DNA of 64,000 nucleotides, taken from the NCBI RefSeq assembly GCF_009914755.1, contig NC_060929.1; one strand, given 5' to 3'. Position numbers and translations under genes: made by a program. Positions 13,621-27,359 of this stretch are shown one piece after another. Position 1 is the first letter of the stretch; every line of letters begins with the position of its first letter. The notes under the pieces were generated by a model, which saw nothing but the letters and a program-made list of their open reading frames with translations, was not told the DNA's origin and did no database searches. Source of the stretch: the human T2T-CHM13v2.0 reference genome, Homo sapiens.

Positions 13621-14579
13621 TATAAAAACAAGAACAATAGAGAAACCTCATATGGATTTATGATAATATGCAATAGACTATAGCCATAATTAATTGAACT
13701 CTCAGCACTTGAAATACAAAAAAGAACATATTCTGTGGATGAGAATCTTCATGAGGTCATTGAATTCTTATGGCCTCAGCCTACCAGCCAGGGATGATAA
13801 CTACAGTTTCTTGCTGAGTTCTCCTGAGGACTCCTGTGCCCTTGATCCTTCTCTACACCCTGGGTAAAGTCATAAGGGAAATGGGCAGGATTATACCCTG
13901 CTGACCAATCAACTAGCTCTTTCTTGAGGGCTCTGGGATGGCTTTGCCATCCTTGCCTAAAATACAAAGTCAACTTGTAGATCTCATTTCTGCAAAGTGT
14001 CGGGGCCTCAGGTCATTGGCCCAGAGAGTTCCTTTTCTCACTTACTGGTTTGAAAATGAAAATACAAGTTGCTTTGGGCTTCCTTTCTTCCTCTCTCTTT
14101 TTCACTTTAGCAGTTCCCACACTAAAATTAAATTAAAATGGAATGACAAATGGAACTAAAGTAGCAGACAACTGACATAGACCAGAGCTGAATTATGGTT
14201 TTGGTCAATAATTACCAAGGTTGGGTGGGTGAGAGTGTCCATTGAATTGTCAAGATAAAGACATTTCTATTTACTTCTTATCCTTAATTTTTAAATTTTC
14301 TGAATGTTTTATACTAAGGGTACAAGCTAAGGGATAGTTGGAGACTACTACTTTGAGATGACATTTGTTTTACTGAAACTTAGGATTTTGAAATAGTCAT
14401 CAAGCACTGGTCTAGCATAGAAGAAAAACTCATAGTTTTCCACAAGCCGTTTGGGCATGATTTATACTTTTTTGGGAGGTTCGTGGGAAAGAGTTACCTA
14501 CTTGCTCAAAAACATTTAATGATTTTGTTATTGTCTGACATGTCAACTCTTAGTCCCAGAACATTTTCCCTTGATTCTG

Positions 14580-14795
14580 TAACATTTCTCAACAAGGGTA
14601 GGGGGTGCTGTTGGAGCTTTGGGATGGATAATTCTCCCTAACATGGGACTTCCTAGGTATGGTAGGAGATTTCGCATCCCTGACCTTCACCCACAAAAAG
14701 TCAAGGGTGGTTACCCATTCACAGCCGTAACTCCAAATTCCCTTAAGCATTTCCTTAGGCCCCTGGAGAGGTCATTACCTTCCCCTTTAATAACA
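14580..14795. mobile_element. hAT-Charlie MER20-like remnant
   Basis: tttctcaac start and ggataattct motifs; degenerate. Confidence 0.45.
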
Positions 14796-16309
14796 ATTTA
14801 TCCTGATGCTTTGCCTGCCTTTTCACAATCATCCATTCTTCCTGCACCTCTACTGTGATACCTTCCCTGACTGTACCAACCCACAAAGAGCTCTCCCTCC
14901 TATGAATGTCCAATATCATTTTCTTGGCACTAATATATTATCTTGTGGTATCTATCATATTGTTATTATATAATAAAATATGCACTATGATATAATGTGT
15001 ATGTATTATATTCACATATTATGTTGTTATATGTTATCTATTAAGTTATTATTTAGTATATATATACTTTTTAAACTTTTATGTTTCTATATGTTTCTAC
15101 TTTCCCAATTAATTTATAAGCTAGAATAACTGAGAGTTGGGGGAGGGGAAACAGAAGGCTTCCATGGTGTTTCCTGATCAATGCCTCCCTCTTAATGGCC
15201 TTCTAAAAAAGCTTAGATTCTAGGAAAGCTTGGAATAATTGGCCCCAAGCAATTTAGGAAGGACAGTCAAAATTTCACTGTGGATTGAAAACTTTACATT
15301 TAGGAACTTGAGTTTAGTTTTGAACAATTTTGATAGAGTGAACTTCAATAAATAATTGTTGGATAAATGAATTAAAAGTTGTAGCAACCAGCTAGTTTGG
15401 AATTTGATAAAAACAGCTTCCCTTCCTTGCTATGGTAATGGGAAAATTTCCATTTCTCCATGACAAGTAAATAAGAGTATTCTCTGCTATAATGTCTATT
15501 TTTTAACACTGAAAATCACCCAGGACTTTGGCAGCATTTTTACTAATACCAAAAGCTCTTTTTCCTAATTTGATAACTGAGGAAAAAGAAAGAGATAATT
15601 TAAATAAGTGTGGTTTCTTTTTTTTTCTTTCAGGAGCATCCTGGAGGAACTTGGCCTTGCTTTAAATGATCTTTCTACCACTTTATCCTTGTTACTTTGA
15701 TTCTAACAGCCAATTAAATTTGTATGTGGAAAAAGTCTATGGAGAGCTTCTCCATAGAACAGAAATGCTAGGGAACATTTAATAAGTTGTCAGCACATAA
15801 ATCATCAGAGATCAGGCCATGGCAGCTTGTTAAGCTTAAAGAAGAATCAGCAAGATTTACCGAGTAAAGAGACCCTCACACCTGTATTTGAGTTGATAAA
15901 AGTACGGCAACACAGGCCTAGGGTTCTGGTTCCAATTCCACCAGCCTCTGGGGTTGAGGTGACAGGCCAATGAGAGGGAGAAAGTGCCAGGTTGCTAGGA
16001 GGACCCAGTAATTTTCTGGGTTAGTTCCAAACAGTGAAGACATATCAAAAGTCATGTATTTTAAGAAGCTGGCCCTTGATACAGATAAAGTCTCTTTGTA
16101 GTGAACTCCACAATGCATTTAATTTGTTCTGTAAAAATAGATGCATCAATAGTAGAAATCATGCTAACAACCTGGGCCAACTGAGCTGAAACTGAACTGG
16201 CAGCAAAATTCTCTGCAGTGTGTGTATGGGTGCAAAATGGTTTGAATTCAGGAAGCAAGGTGGTGTCAGGTATGCTCCATTCCCAGTTCTGTCCTTTTCC
16301 AATCTGTCG

Positions 16310-16732
16310 CAGCCACACTGACTGCTTTGCTGTTTCTCAGTGTCCCAGCTATGCCTTTGCACTTTATATTTTCTCTGCCTTGATGTCATTTCCCCGGATA
16401 ATCACATGGCTCACCCACTCGCTTCCTTCTGGTCTTTACTCAACACTTTTTCAGTGAGGCCATCCTGGGACACTCCATCTAAAATTGCCATTCTCTCTCC
16501 CATTACTCCCTATCCTTCTTCCCTGCTTTACTTGTCTCTTAAGCTCTTATGATTATTTAACAGATTATGTAATGTACTCATTAATCTTTTTTCTCCATCC
16601 TAGGTTCTAAAACACAGAATATTAGTTCTGTTAAGGGATGTTTTATCTGCTTTGTTCATTGCTATGTCCTCAGTACCTGGAGTTGGGCATGTAGTAAGTT
16701 CTTAATAAATACTAGTTGAAAGAGTTGAATGA
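16310..16732 (+). mobile_element. L2 3' fragment
   Basis: gcctttgcact...tcagtgaggcc...aataaatactagttgaa...gaatga. Confidence 0.75.
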
Positions 16733-17369
16733 CTGGCCTCCTTAGGCCCGGGCAGCTTGACCGTGGCCCAGTTTTTGCTCCACAGGTCTGGAGCTCAGCC
16801 CCCACTCTCCAGTGACATCCCTTCACCAAGTCCATCTCCTGGGCTTTCTGCTCACCAGCCTTTCCTCTTTGAAGTAAGATGCATGCTCTTCGAGTCTTCA
16901 GCCTCTCTCACCTCTGTCTCAAGTCAGCACACAGCCTTTCAAAGAATTTTTGCTGCCAGTAACTATGTAGAAACAGATAGAGTTAGCTAAAATAACAAAC
17001 AGTGGGGAAATTACCAGTTACAATGAATCTCACAAAGTACAATATTTTGTTTTCAGCAAAATTTAAAGGATCTAGGGTTGCATCTGGTTTTCTGTCTTCC
17101 TATATTTCCTAATTAAAAGAGTCTACAAAGGATCTTTGTCTTTTTAGCTGTATTGTCTTTCTACTTTCTTCTTGCCTGAAGTCCTCCAAAGTCAGCTTCC
17201 CATTATTCTCCATTCTGCACAGTCCCTGGAAAAGTCCTGATCATCTTGTTAGGTGAGAACACTAGGGGGAATCATCTCTGGGAAAACTCCAGCTGATGGT
17301 CTCCAGAGTGAAACCCACCTCCTCACCCCGCCCTTCTGCCTCATCTTGTCTGAGCCAGTGATTTGATTT

Positions 17370-18190
17370 TGAAGAATTTAGTTTACAAATGCACTCAAAC
17401 TTATGGATGTGGCTGATTTCACAAGGATTTTTATGGCAGAGTTACTTGCAGTAGGAAAAATCTAGAAATAATCTAAATGTCCATCAGGAGGAACTTAATA
17501 AATTATGGTACATTACAGAATTCAGCAGGCCTGTTTAAAATGATTGGATACATTTTCAAGAAATATTTAAATATCTACTCTTGTATAGGTAGGGAATAGC
17601 TCTGGAAAGACAGCATGCTGGTTGGAGGGTGCTGAGGGGCTGTTAGTTCACTGTATACTTCTTTTATTCAGGTTTTCTTTTGTGTGCTTCAAGATCCTTT
17701 TGTAAATTTCTTAATAGTGGTTTGTACATGCTTTGTTGGGTTTACTTTTAAGTGCCTGACTTTTTTCTTCTATTGTGATTATTATTTTTTTCCTTTATCT
17801 TTTTGTATTGACACATTAGTATGTAAGAATGCATTGCATAAATTCGGTTGATCTTGAATTCAGTACCTTTGCTAAGCCCCATTCTTAGTTCCAATAGATT
17901 AATTCTAATGGAATACATGATTTTCTTATATCCAGATTCTCTTGAATTTTCTACATAGCCGATCATATTGTTTGTAAATGACAATTTAGTCTCTTGTTGT
18001 TCAATCGTTCTTTTTCTTTGCTACATATTTATTTTCTTTTCCATTCTTTGGTTGAATTAATCAAGTGTTCTATGTCCCCATTCCCATTCCCCTTTTTTTC
18101 CTTTGCTGGCTTGAAAATAGTTATCTCTAAGTTATTAACATGCATGCTTCATTATATAATTTCTAATATAATCTAAAGTTATTCTGCCAC
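17370..18190. mobile_element. Ancient L1M fragments (mixed orientation)
   Basis: ctagaaataatctaaatgtccatcag...aaattatggtacat on +, followed by T-rich ORF2-like sequence on -. Confidence 0.5.
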
Positions 18191-20552
18191 AAACAGTAGG
18201 AATTCAGAGGCAGTAGCAGAAGGAAGGGAACCTCCATCAAAGAGATAGGCTTTATAGAATAAAAGTAATTTGGCTTTTCCACATAGGTTCTTCAGCAGCA
18301 TTTAGGAGAATCAAAGTCTCTACTCTGGGGGGAAGATATTGCTAAAAAGAGAACTGGTCAGTGTAAAAGTGCATCTGGACATACAGAAGGAAGCCAGAAA
18401 AACAAATAAAGCAACTAAGAGCTCAAATTCCATTTCCTCCAACTCTTCCAGCCACACTGGAATCCCCTTATTTCAATTCCTATTTCACTCAGGCTTACAG
18501 TTAAGCCCTTAATTGACTTCTCATTGTTTTTAATATATACATTTTTCTCTGGAGCTTCTTGAAATTAGGAAACCTGTTCTGAACCTCTGTAATGTTCAGG
18601 ATACAAAATCAGAATCCGTGGAATCAGGCAGTGTATATCTTTCCTTTGAGAAGAGAACTGTGAAATGAAATCGTATGAGTCTTTTCTTATTTAGCTCCAG
18701 GTGGAAGCCAATTACAGATATTGAGGTTTGCAAGAAAAGCAATCACCTTGAGCCAAAATCACTGTGTATTCAGGTACTGTGCTTTAAGTTATCTTCATGT
18801 ACTCTGATAAGAATGGTGAAGGTTAAAGGGTGTTTTTGACTTGGTGAGCTCAACTTGAATTGTATTAATTGATTAATTAGGCTGAAGAGGTCCTAGATAA
18901 GATTAAATTTGTCACTTATCAGAAGTTTGAGACTTTCTCCGTGGTGTTTTCCTGACATTCAATGCAAAGAACACTCTTAAGGTCAAACTGTTTTATTACA
19001 GCAACAAGGCTCTCTTAACTAGAGAATTGTAGCCCCTTAACCCCAAAGGTTGTCTTAAACCCAAAAGTTTGTAGAACATATTATAGAGCTTTACTTGAAA
19101 TAATAAAATTTGTTTATTAGAAGGACTAGTATCATTTCATAAAACATAGATGTCATATTACACTTAAGCGGCAAATGAGCTCCCTCACTAGTTTTTTTTC
19201 TCTTTCCTTTCTTTATTCTCCTAATATATAAATATGTTCCATGAAAATCCGGGAGGAGAGAAATTAGTTCTGTTTGTTCTTCTCTCCTGCAGCTGCTAGT
19301 ATTGAAATAAAGATGCCCCTGGCTGTTTCTGATCCAAATCCAACTCCAAGCTTTGTTTCTTCCAAATCCTCATGGTAGGCACATGGCAGGTGTTCAATTC
19401 ATACCTGTTGATTGACTGAATTGAAATTGATTAACTCTCTTTAATACGGAACCTGGATACCGGCAGACATTTTCCTCTGGTGTTTTACATGAAAATGTGC
19501 CTGCCCCCTGCATTTGGAGTAATCATCACTGCTGGACACAAATTCTGAAGCATGTGGTGAGGATACAGTTTCTTGCTCCAGAATGTACACTGGGTAAGGT
19601 TCCATGGTTCTAATTAAACTCTCTTTCTTAAGTTTAAATTAAAGTGAATTAAATGCAAGGTAGTGACAAGCATTGAGGAGTTAATACCTTACGGGCTTTT
19701 TTTGTTGTTTTTAACGTGAAGTTTTAGACAATGATCTTATGAAAAAGAATGTCACTGAAACAGAGGCGGTTGCCACCTCTGCTCTTCAGATTCTTGTTTG
19801 TTTCCTTCGGGGTGACATTTGGTGTGGCTCAGAGTCATTGCTGTCAGCAGGATCCTCCAGGCAGCAGGGTATTGTTTGACTTGTTTGTCCACAAGCTATC
19901 CTATGCCCCCCTCAGACTGACAGCAAATATACTTCTAGCTGAATAACAAGTGGGGGGCAGGTGACAGGCTGACATTCTTCAGAATTTCTACAGTAACCAG
20001 TCAAGCTGCTGTGCCTTGGGCTCTGTTCAACCTGGAGCAAAACATTTAAGAAGACTACAGAAGCCCAGATCCTGGTCCAAATGTATCAGAAAAGCTTGAT
20101 TTTAGGGCAGGCAGGCAGTTTAAAGATTCTGCCCCAAAGAAGTTGCTTTTGTGAATTGTGTATACAACAGTAGCCAATGTCCACTACCGAAATGGAAATG
20201 TGAAGAAATCAATTTGTTTCTGTTTAGAAAATCTCGTCTTTAGATTTTTAAAATTAAGCTGGGAAATAAAAGGTATACTTATTTTTTCAAGCACTAGATT
20301 GAATTAGAGGGTTAGGTTATAAACCTAAGGAAAGATAATTCATTGATTTGGAGGGAATTAAATAGAATTTATCAATTCCTTAAAATCATCTATGAAATCA
20401 TTATATGAATCATAGATATGATTACTCATATATATGGTTTTGATGGAAGAGGGATGGATAAAGAAGGCACCAGGTGAAGGGAGTGTGCCACTGGTTAAGG
20501 GAGGAGCAGCTGGTGATTAACGACACCTGCCTTACGCTGCAGCCTGGGAATG

Positions 20553-20849
20553 CATTTGACCCTCAAGCAACATGGGTTTGAATGGCATGGGTCCACTTAT
20601 ACATGGATCTTTTTCAATAAATACAGTTGGCTGATGTGGAATACTGGCAGATTTTACATCTGCAAACAAACATGTATTGAAAATACAGTATTTCTCGTAT
20701 GCAAATCCTGTGTATATGGAAGGCCAAATTTTTTATTCACAGTTTCTTTAGGGCCGACTGCCAGGACTTGAATATGCATCGGTTGCGGTATCTGCAGAGG
20801 GGAGAGCGTGTCCTGGAACCAACCCCTGGCAGATACTGAGGGATGACTG
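20553..20849. mobile_element. Tigger-family MITE (MER2B-like)
   Basis: TIR-like ends catttgaccctc ... gagggatgactg; internal gggtccacttatacatggat. Confidence 0.8.
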
Positions 20850-21135
20850 TGCTATCCATCACATGGGAGGTGACTAGCCTGTGTCTCTTCCATTTCTTGG
20901 TGTTCTTTGTAAATTTTGGGTGGAGAGACTATGCAGCAAGAAGGCTCTGAGAGGTTCTTGGCAGGCTGATGGAGGATCAGAGGGGCCCCAGGAGAGGCCC
21001 CACAAGAGAAAGAAAGGGAAAATCATTGGCAACATCATGTATCCAGCAGAACTTCTTTGGAGTGAACAATAGTTTTTGTTTTGTTTTGTTTTGTTTCAGT
21101 TTTCTTTTTGTAAAATGGGTTTGTTTAAACAATAC

Positions 21136-21290
21136 AGCCAGGCACACTGGCTTGCACCTGTAATCCCAGCTACTTGGGAGGCTGAGGTAGGAAGACAGCT
21201 TGAACCCAGGGATTTGAGACCTGACTGGGTGACATAGTGAGAGTCCACCTCTACTAATAAAAAAAAAAAAAAAAGAAAAAAAGAAAAAAA
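21136..21290 (+). mobile_element. Alu monomer (FLAM/FAM)
   Basis: Single arm plus A-tail; TSD tttaaacaatac / tttaagcaatcc. Confidence 0.85.
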
Positions 21291-21379
21291 ATTTTAAGCA
21301 ATCCAGAAAAGAGAAAAACTTTTTAAAAAAACTCTTTTAAAAGTCTTATCCAGATAAAAGCCCTGTTTATCATTTTAAA

Positions 21380-22165
21380 GGATGGGAGATATTAAAGCAT
21401 GTTTATCTGCTGGGACTTATCCAGTTGAGGAGAAGAAATTGATGATTCAAGAAAGGGGCAATCTTTAGAACTTTGCCCTTGAGTAGGATGTGATCTAGTG
21501 TACAGCTGGAAGAGCTTGCTTGAGATAGGAGTGTGGCCAGTTTATCTGTAGAGGCAGGAAGTGTACTAGTCAGGGTCATGCTTATTAGATGCTGTAAAAT
21601 AATCAATAGTTTATGTTTTGCCCATTTCACAGCCCAGTGGTCTTCAGGCAGCTCTCCTGGGCAGCACCCCTCCAAGTGGTGATTCCAGAACTAGGGCTTC
21701 TTCCATGGTATGCAGCTTCCATCCTGGAATCTTTGACTTCCAACCAAGGGAAGGGATAGAGAAACTCAAGAATCTCGAGGGAGATTTTAGGGGCCAGTTG
21801 TAAAAACCCTTGTGTTACTTTCCCTCACCTTCCTTTGGTTAATTTTAATGCCCTAACCCAAAGACAAGAAAGGCTGACAAATGCAGTTTTCCTGGGTGCT
21901 CAGAGAGGAAAGAGATAATTAATGGCCTTTAGCCAGCTTCTGTCACAGGAAGGAAGGCAGAACACATGGACGCAAATAATCTTTCATTAGTAGATATAGT
22001 TGTGGGAACATGTGGAAGTTCCCTTTATTTCTTAGATAAATGGGAAGCAAGGAGTGGAGAGGCAGGAGAGGTAAAGGTCTGAGAAAAGAAGGAATGGTGT
22101 AAAATGGTTACCTAAGAGGATGGAGAATAAACAGCTCAGGGAAGTGTAGTAGAATATCTCTGAGG
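21380..22165 (-). mobile_element. L2 fragment interrupted by an MLT1 LTR
   Basis: Purine-rich L2-like sequence flanks the LTR on both sides. Confidence 0.5.
21562..21947 (-). mobile_element. Solo MLT1J-like LTR
   Basis: TG...CA ends with a 5-bp TSD ggaag at 21557-21561 and 21948-21952. Confidence 0.8.
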
Positions 22166-22169
22166 GAAC

Positions 22170-22440
22170 GGTAGTCAGGCACTGGGGGATTGGCTTATGG
22201 TTGCTGTTGATCAGTGGGGCCAATGGTGGAGAGACAGATGAAAACTGAAGCCTCCCAAGTACATATACACCTGTCTGTCACTCTGTCTGACAGATATGAC
22301 CTTCAGAAAGTACTGCTCACTGCTGAATTTCTGCTTCCTAATTATCACACAAGTTCCTTTTTTGACCAACTCTAACCCAAAGCCCATGGGAGAGGAATTC
22401 TGGGAAATGTACTTCCTGGCCTTAGTCAAGGTAACAACAA
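22170..22440 (-). mobile_element. LTR33-like ERVL LTR fragment
   Basis: accaactctaaccc...gaattctgggaaatgta...agtcaaggtaaca. Confidence 0.65.
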
Positions 22441-22539
22441 AGCACAATCCAATATACTTGACTCTGTTTTTCACCAAAGCACCTTTCACTACCTGAAATA
22501 TTATACATTTACTTTCTTTTTTAAAAAATGTTTATTATA

Positions 22540-22646
22540 GAATTTAACTTTATGAAGATAGCAATTTGCTTTGTCTTCTGCTGTTATCCCAAGCACTAAG
22601 AACAATGTCTGGCATATAAAGTATTTGTTGAATGAATGAATGAATG
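22540..22646 (+). mobile_element. L2 3' end
   Basis: tggcatataaagtatttgttgaatgaatgaatgaatga. Confidence 0.75.
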
Positions 22647-24589
22647 AGGTTTTTGGATATCCTTCTAGATGCCTTTCTATGTATATATACGCACATAACA
22701 CATACACATAGATATAGGAATAAAATTTTACAAAATAAAATTATACTCTATACTTACAGCTCTGTAATATTTTTGTTTTTTCACTTATTGTAAAGTCATA
22801 GACATCTTAGTATTAACAATAACCACTGATCACTGTCACATTTAAAAATTGTTATAAAGAATTCCTTCATTTATGTAGCAAGCTAATTAGTTAATTACTA
22901 ATGCAACTGTTAATAATCACATTACTGCAATTAATTGTTCCCTGACTGGTAAACATTGTGCTAGTCTGGCTGTAGATTAATAAGGCAGGCATGATGAAAA
23001 TGATAGAATGGTCTTGATTGAATTGTTTAAAATAAAACCAACACAGTATGACTTTTTCTTCAACATGATCTCAGATTCATTAATCTATGTGAACATGGCT
23101 TGGGCTTTTCCCTAGCCATCTAGGGAGAGTGCTCCTCTAGGGGTAACTTTGAGTTAGGGATGAGGGTGGATAGAATATGAGATATATGCCCCATAAGGTC
23201 TTTATTAAATGCTAGACTAGACAGATAAGATGGGATGACTTGTACTTACTGAGTGATATGGTCTAAGCCTCATGAGACTGAAAACTTGATGTGCTCAAAC
23301 CCATAAAACCTCAGATTCCTATGTGCTTTATTCCTACAAATTTTCTTCATTCCCCCACTAAAAGGATATGAGAGGAATGAAACAATAAGAGATGGAGCTT
23401 ATGTATGGTCTAAGTGTTTTAGAATAATCACTTGGAGCCCAGTTATACACAGGCTTAAATTGAGGAATTGATTATATAAGTGAGCTTACGGAGGAAACAG
23501 GCACAGTGCTCTGAATTTGAGAAGAGAAAGGGCAGAATCTCTATATTTATTATCAATACATCATGGACATCCCTCAAAATCGAGAATTTACAACCTCTAC
23601 AGTGCATCCAAACCACCTATACCTCACCATAGACCAATTAAATCCAATGTCTGGGAAGGGAGCCCAGACACTGGCCTTTGCAAAATCTAAATAGAGAGAG
23701 CATGAAATTCACAAGTGGATGCATTTCTTCAATCTCAATCTGTGCTTTGAGTCAGAGAGTCTAGGGGCTGTGACTGCATGAGACAGGGGAGAGTTGGTTT
23801 TGAAATACGCAGTCAGATGGTGTCAGTGGCAGCTATAGCAGAAACCTGGCCAGAGCCTCATCATCAGTCACTAGTCAGGACCGGGGGTTGTTCTCACCTG
23901 ACAAAGCTGAAGCCTGGAGGTTGAATTATGGAGAACAGGTTCCCACAGTGTGGTGTGCCTCTGGGCTGATTTTGGCCACCACTCACCTTGGCTTCGGTGA
24001 TTCAGTCTCAGCTTACATGCTCTGCTTTCTGCACAGATGGCATCTGAGGCTTCAATTTGCAAACATTTCTAGCATATAATACATTATGTGGAGAGTACTT
24101 ATTCCCTAGATGGAAGCCACTGACAGATCTTGTAATGAATTTACAGAAATATTAATATTTGCATGTTCTTCATATAAATATTGCCCTAAGGGTTTGTTTC
24201 ATTTTGTTTTCCCTATTTGGGAAAAATATAGTGATATACAGTTTGAACCCATTTTAATAAAAAACTGAGATTATGAAAGTTAAAAACAATACTTAGTATG
24301 TTCATGAAAAAGACATGGAATGAAACATGCCAGTTGTTAACATTTGGCATCTTTGGGTGGGAAGTAAGGGTGAGATGGGAGAGGAGTAATTAGTTAAATT
24401 TTTTTGAATTGTGTTAATAGTCATGAAGAACAGATTCATTCTGTAATTTTATATTGTGAAAAAGGTTTTAACAATATAAAATTAAAGAGATTTCAATCTC
24501 TTGTGTTCAGTGCAAAACCTAAGTGAAAGGAGGGCTTCTTAAAGAAATTATGGAATCTTGCCACCTAAGTCACTCCAAAACCAGTGTTT

Positions 24590-25215
24590 GTTCATTCATT
24601 CCTTCATTCATTCAGCATCTATTAACTGAGTCACTCTCAGGTCCAGGTACTGTCCTGGCCTTGTTCTAGGTGCTGGTACAGCAGCACAAAGTGCAAAGTC
24701 TCTGCTTTCTTTTGTGGATGAGACAGATATTAAATAAATAATACTGGCTGGTAGTAAGTAGTAGCAATGAAGAAAGCTAAAGCAGAGTATAGGGACAGGG
24801 AAGGGGAATGTTGGTCAGTGCTGACGTCACTGAGAAGGCAACATTTCACTAGGTATTTTAATCAGGCAAAAGACCCAACCATGAAAGACTAGGGAAATGA
24901 AGTTCCAGGCAAAGGGAACAACATGTTCAAAGACTAGCAAGAAGGCAGGGTGGCTCAAAAGGAGAGGAGGGAGAGAAGGTCAGGAACTAGTCATGGTCCA
25001 GATGATAGAGGTCTGATTGTCTGGTGGTGAAAACTTGGGGTTTTATTCTGAAGGTAATGAGGGTCAGTTGTTGAGGCTTATAAGCAGAGAAGCAACATCA
25101 TATGATTTACATTTTAAAGGGATTACTCCATATGTTGTGTGAATAGACCAGTTTGGGAAAAAAAGTAGAAGTCGGGTCAAATAGTAGTCTATTTTATTAG
25201 TCCAGACAAAAGACT
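24590..25215 (-). mobile_element. L2 fragment
   Basis: ttcattcatt tail followed by ttccaggcaaagggaacaac and similar L2 motifs. Confidence 0.8.
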
Positions 25216-25219
25216 CTAG

Positions 25220-26610
25220 GAGAACATTGACCTCTTAACTTTTTCTCCAATACTGCTGTTGCTTTTGTACTATTCTTTGTTGCCCTTGGACAAGAGGAAG
25301 ACAAATCCAAAGGGAAGCCCCTCTGAGACCATAGGGGTGGACTGAATTGAAGGTATTGCAACTGAAATAGGTTGCCTAAAAGTCTGAGCCACTTGATCAT
25401 GTAATTTATTCTTGCCTTTTGGACCTGCTCACGCCGGCTCACAATTAACTGTGTTACTTGTACCATGGAATGCTGCTGACCTTTTGACTCACTACCTCAG
25501 ATAACATGAAGCTTACAATGGGAAGCTCAAGTTGTACAGCTAATGGTGTCCAGTGCTCTGTCACTGAGTCTCTGTTGGGGTCTGTTAGCTTTTCAGATGC
25601 TCTTTTTTGAATGGTGAATAGATCTCTGCTGTAAGGGCATGTCTGTGCTCTACAGTCCCAAGGTTTTATACTGCAACTATGCTACTGGGGCTTACCAGAG
25701 AGTATATAGTAACTCCATCAACCATAGGTATCTCTAAGACATTCATTTCTGTTGGATTATACAGTCCAAGAGTATAGAGCTGCTGTGTCGCAGCTTAGAT
25801 CTGTTGCAGAATGTTCTTTTGATTTGGACTCTATAAGAAACTGATAGCCTATAGTCACCTGATCAATAAGTGGGAGCAGTTTTTCCAAGTTCAGCATATA
25901 TTACCTCCCAAACCGTGAGCCTCAGTGCCATGCCTTTTTTTTTAATGGTAGGAGGCATAAGGTATGAAAATTTGTATTTTACTTTGTAGAGAATTCCCCA
26001 GGCCATGGAACCCTGAAAACTTTGCTGATGTGACAGTTTTCTGATGTAAGGTTTGTTGCCACTTCTCTGGCACGCATCTGTCTTAGAAGAGCATCTTGGG
26101 TACTTGTTACTTTCTGCTGTCAAGTCCAATTAGCATGATGTTGTCCATATAGTAAGCCAGCATGATGTATTGCCATGGATGGCTGTCAGGATGATTGAAT
26201 TCCTTAAGGACTATACTTTGGAGGAGAATGGGAGAGTAAATATAGCCTTGAGCTAAGAAAGGGATTGTGGAGTGCTTTTCTGGCAGTATAGAGTTGATCT
26301 TCATACTTTTGGGGGATTAGATATGGACATCTTTAGGGGCAACATTATTCTACCTTTCACAACCTTAATCCAGAGGCTTCCTGCTAAGAGCATTCCATAG
26401 ATAAGGACTCATTTACTCCCAGCAAATATTATTAGTCTGTCTACCAGGGAGAGGGTCATCAACATGATTCTAAGCAGATTAGTCTGAGCCACTTGCCCTC
26501 TTTCCCTTTGGTGACTGGGAGAGAAATAGAGAATAGGGCAGGTCCCTTAACTCCTTCTTCCCTAGATCAATTAGCTTTACTTCATAGCAACCAGAAACTG
26601 TGGCTTAGTC
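25220..26610 (-). pseudogene. Degenerate ERVL internal region (pol, possibly gag/pro) with a reverse-transcriptase relic
   Basis: ORF 26107-26304 reads LAQGYIYSP...AYYMDNIMLIG, resembling HERV-L RT LPQGYINSP...HYIDDIMLIG. Confidence 0.8.
26300..26361 (-). mobile_element. Short MLT1(D/E)-like LTR 5' end within the ERVL relic
   Basis: gggattagatatggacatctttaggggcaacattattctacctttcaca. Confidence 0.6.
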
Positions 26611-27359
26611 ATCATTTGTGGCATCTAACATCTTTTTATTACTTTCATTACTTCCATTCTATATGTGTCTGTTATATTTATTAACCTATCTGTCAGCTCT
26701 CCATTTATCCAGCCATCCCTTCATCCATTCATACATCTACATGAATTTACTCCTGTAAATTGTTTAGGACAAAAACCTTAGCTCAAATACTAAGCATAAA
26801 TTATTCGTAAACCTGAGGAAATATCAACTGTAAAGACAGTGAGGACATAGTGCAGAGAAGATGAACAGGGAGAAGAGAGAGGTCAAGAACTCCTCCTGGG
26901 AGGAACTATGAAAGCTGGGACTGACAGCTTCTTGGCCATTACTTTGTAAGTCAAAATGCGCCTCAGGGAGGGGATGAAAGTGAGCCACCCAAGAAGGAGA
27001 GGTGCTCACCTCAGAATTCTCTGAGGAGCACACCCACTCCTCTACCACATTCCTATGGGCATGGAGAATCACTATTTGTAAGTCTCTAACTGATCATTTA
27101 AGAACCACTGAAACTGCGCTTTGCATTCTCTTTTTCTTTGTCTTTTTTTTTATTATTGCTGTTTTTTTTCAAGTTAAATATAGACGTCAGTGAGATGAAA
27201 CAATCAACCTTTCTAGAAGCCTTTTCTCTACATTTTATTTTTGTTCTTTTGCCAATTTTCTTTGAGAAAAAACACTGTTTATTACCAAATAAATAATTTA
27301 AAAATTCAGTAAGGAATTTTGAAACAAAAACACTACATATTGGTTCCAATCTCCTTTAA

